Shown: positions 54,267 through 64,000 of the stretch, piece by piece
Layout of the letters: each line of letters begins with the position of its first letter
Numbering within the stretch: the stretch's first letter is position 1
Assembly (NCBI GenBank): GCA_963693365.1
Contig: CAVNZM010000004.1
Span: 11,064,468-11,128,467, forward strand
Length of the DNA stretch: 64,000 nucleotides
Source of the DNA: Amoebidium appalachense
Taxonomy: Eukaryota > Protista > Ichthyosporea
Direction of reading: 5' to 3'
Notes under the pieces: generated by a model
The model's input: the letters and a program-made list of their open reading frames with translations, nothing else
The model's database searches: none
What the model was told of the DNA's origin: nothing
Made by a program: the position numbers and the translations under genes

Positions 54267-56033
54267 TGGTAGATCTCGCATAGATGTAAATAGCCCCCTG
54301 CTTTTTACCCAGCAGAGTTTTTGGCATGGTTACTTGTAATGAGGTGAAAAAAGTGCTACCCGACTGTGCATCGGGAATGGATGAAGAATGTACGTGCAAT
54401 TGCAACCTCAGGCTCGACAGCTACTACTAGTTGTTGTTGTGGAGTGATTGCTGAATGAGGTGATGGTTACAAGAGAATATCTTTGATAATAATCCACCGC
54501 AAGATTAGACAAGACAAGGGGAAATGTCTTGTTGTTCCGTGCAAGTATATCAAGTCTTTTCTACATTCACCAGCTGGTTCCCCTTGTTCCCAGCTATTAT
54601 AATAGTGAGGTGCAATGCAGGTAGATCACTGGCTTGCAATTGCACCGTACCTAATAAAGCATTTAATAGAAGTGGTATACTTTAAAACAAACCCAACCGC
54701 CAAGAGCCTATTCTGAAATAAAGCAACACATTCTTAATTGTATTATCGCTTGCGTTCTCGTTTTTCTATCCTCCAAGTGAGCTCTCCCTTTCCCTTCTTT
54801 CGGCCTTCGCAATCACCAACTAATCATTCTTTTTCACCTCGAAATCCAACTGCTCCAACACTCTACTTTGCCTTTCTTTCTAACGGGTTGAAAATGAGTC
54901 AAGTTGTTTCTTTGCTCCGTTTTCTTTGTTCCGTTTAGTAAAAAACAAATGGATTGTTGAAGGCGAAAAAATGGAGAAAGGGTAACGGAGAGAAGAAAAC
55001 TGGAAAGGCGTGGATTATGGAATTTGCGAGGCCGACACAGACGGTGAACGAACAACGGCTCACAACCAGGGCTCAAATTTGTGAAGGAATAGCGAATCAA
55101 ATATACGAGGTTTACGTATCACAAACAATAACTACAACATATTTGGAACATGAATCGCATCTCCGGAAAAACGAAGCGATCCAACCCTGAACCAGTTTCG
55201 TACCCTAAACTTTTGTGTACTTCGGGTATTCGGTCTGATTTCAAATTTCACCATTGCTCCGGGATGTCCAAAAGAAAGTTCAAGTACGAAGGTTGAAAAA
55301 ATACATCACCTTGTGGCCACCAAGAGGTCAATCAATAGCTTTTTTGACCTAAATAGGCTCCTTTTGCCTAAAAGTAAGCATAACCTTGAATTTATGGGAA
55401 AATTTTGTCCAAGAAAGCAGAGCCCTTTCCATTTATTTCCCAGTAAGACTCACTCCCAAAAAGGTATCTCGAGTAGAATGTTGATTGGATAAGAAGGCGG
55501 CAAAAGGGTCTACGATTCCCCTTGTTTGACTGGCTCATGGCGTCCCCTAAACTTTGCGATTCTCAGTGAGCCTCAAGAGATGATTTTTCATGACAGCACC
55601 CAGCCGGCACTGGCCCGCCTGGCAGCCACCAACAAGCTGTACCCTTATTATAAATGGTACATATTTTTATTAAAATAAAAAATTCACTATTAAAATCATA
55701 ATATACTGAAAGTGAGCTTTACCTTTGTGCCATAACGCTTTTTGTTAATGCAGGCCATTGATTTTGATTTCATAATCCCAGTCAAGAGAAAATATTTCAC
55801 TTAAGACCAGGTATTGTAAGACCCCCAATGTGAATTTGGTTCGGGTGCTAGAGCTTGGGGGTTTACCAGGGCCTGTTTACACACTTTTTTATTGCGTGGA
55901 CACTGCCGGAGGCCCAGCTACATTCGACGGCCTACTGCGTTTTCCAGCACAGCCAATCAAATGCAGCCAGTGACATATGTACATGCTAGGCAACAATGAG
56001 CGCCATCGTAGTATCTGACACCCCTATTACATA

Positions 56034-56530
56034 TTATGGGTAAGCAGAGGCTAGCATCGGTAGCTCCGAAAGAAAGTTAAGGCACCGGATCACAATATCA
56101 TACTGTGCAGCATTAATAAGGTGATCTAGGATAGTCATCTTAAAACGGATATATTGAGGAAGAGAGGAAGAAAAGAGAATAAAACCGCCAATAACCTCCG
56201 GTTCTAATACATTAGCTAACAGGTTGCATTTATTGATAGATATGCAGCCGCGAGTAAACCGCCCCCCACACATATTACACATACGAGCAGGAGAAACCAG
56301 AAACCGATTACACCGCCAAGCCATAATCATCTTTGCGTTTTTACACCACACCACATTACGAATAAACGAATCTATGTATGAACGAGACTCTCTAACCGTA
56401 TCCGCCATATAGGCTACTAGTGGTTGGTGTTTTTGCGGTCCTAACACCGGAAGGGACTCAACACGTAGAGTAAAAAGATATCTATCAGCCCACGGGGTGT
56501 TTCTAGATGGCCGTGCTATCAGCCATAGAC
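56034..56530 (-). mobile_element. Possible 3' fragment of a non-LTR retrotransposon ORF2
   Basis: Intronless reading frame with AWRCN...CNMCGGRFTRGCI..KC...TILDHLIN, resembling from memory the C-terminal Cys knuckle region of fungal-type LINEs. Confidence 0.35.
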
Positions 56531-57367
56531 TTGAAACTATTCATATTCACACTATGATCTAGCCGTACCTCCGGTGGGGTCGCCAGCCATTCCACATAAC
56601 GCTCGGCAATGGGCAGAGACGATGGGGAAGGGAAGAGGTAGAGGGGCGCGCGAGTCCGGCGGGGATGCTAGAGCTTGCTGGCAGAGGAACATGAATATAT
56701 TTCACATCTTCTATATGAGTTGGTTGCACGCATTCGGTGTGTACCCACACTAGCTGTTACTGTCAAATACATATAAATGTGCATATTTGTTTAAATATGT
56801 AAATAAGTTGGAGCATTGAATAGCCATAAAGACGCATGTATTTTTCTGGAACCCGCTGCGAGTACTTAGACACTAAACCACATGATATCATGCATCGTTC
56901 TCTCCGTTCCTTTTTCAATCCGTGACAAATAGCGAAGTTCGATTGGAAGTGACGTCACGACGTATCATTTTGCAGAATCATCGGCGAACATGTGCATGTT
57001 AGCGAGTACAGTTTACACGGGAAAACGTTTTTTTAAATAGAGCGTTTGAGTGGACATGCGAACGTATATAGAGCGTTTGAGCGGACGTGCGAACGTAAGG
57101 AGCAGAAGCGCTTTTAGACACTTGTTATCTCTATTATAGCGGTTTGTTAGGGTCCGGCAACTGCAACAGTAGTTACACTTGCCTAGAGTGGGAGATCTAT
57201 CGATGGGGGACCCAAGTCAGGCGGCTAAAAGAGGACACATCAGCATCGATCCGCTCGCGTTTTACGTCACGTAGAACTTTGAGGGAGCTAGAAGACCTGT
57301 GAAATACTTGAAAAGGGGACTTACTTTGCTGAATACTGCTGTTTTTTGTGTTGGGTGGCTATTGAAG

Positions 57368-63356
<5,989 letters not shown>

Positions 63357-63370
63357 GTGGGGGTTTTTTT

Positions 63371-63436
<66 letters not shown>

Positions 63437-63546
63437 GGGGGGAGTGAAGGGGTGTGGGTGGGTGGGTGGGGGGGGGGGGGGGGGGGGGGGGGGGAGTGGT
63501 ATGTTTGGGGTTGGATATGTGGATAGGGGGAAAGGGGAAAGAAGGT

Positions 63547-63588
<42 letters not shown>

Positions 63589-63962
63589 GGGAGACGTGTT
63601 GGTGAGTGGGTATGGGTGTGGGGGGGGGGGCGAGGATGGGTGCATGTACATGTGTGTTTGCATGCACGGGTTGGTTTTCTTGTGTATGTGTGTCGTGCAG
63701 GTGTCTTGTGTCTGTATTCTCTGTCTCGGTACCTCTCCTTTTTTTTGCTCCTGCTGTTTCTGTGTTGTCTTGCCTGTGTGGGTGTGTTGAATGTCTGTGG
63801 AGGTTGTTTTTGCATGTTCGGGAGTGCCTCATACATGTGTGTTGAGGGATTTGTGCTAAGTTAAGGAGTTTGCCTGTGGAATGTTAAGCATACATGGTTA
63901 GTCCCGGGGGTGGGGCTGGACGGAGGGGGTCCTGGGGGGGGGGGGGAGGGGGGAGGGAGTGA

Positions 63963-63996
<34 letters not shown>

Positions 63997-64000
63997 CCCC

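Overview
Eukaryotic, intron-rich genomic DNA (GT-AG introns full of poly-C/poly-G, (CA)n/(GT)n and (CT)n tracts; a unicellular opisthokont is a guess only). Almost all ORFs in the supplied track are microsatellite artefacts. Splicing by hand gives eight genes: the 5' part of an aldo-keto reductase (-), an intronless secreted GGA/FxxN beta-helix protein with one frameshift (+), two convergent Cys-rich EGF/CxxC-repeat surface proteins with only phase-1 introns, an intron-containing gene carrying only the DNA-binding half of an IS630/Tc1-type transposase (-), a CUE plus MIU ubiquitin-binding protein (+), a type I DnaJ ending in a CaaX box (-) and the 5' part of MPP6 (+). The two most unusual structures are (1) a 3-kb intronic palindrome of miniature copia-type LTR elements (three LTRs forward, two inverted, half-tRNAiMet primer sites, the whole unit flanked by one direct repeat) and (2) a family of at least 10 5'-truncated retroposon copies whose 3' ends run into poly(C) rather than poly(A) and which carry a covarying pseudoknot-like RNA element. 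All calls come from reading the sequence; no searches were run.
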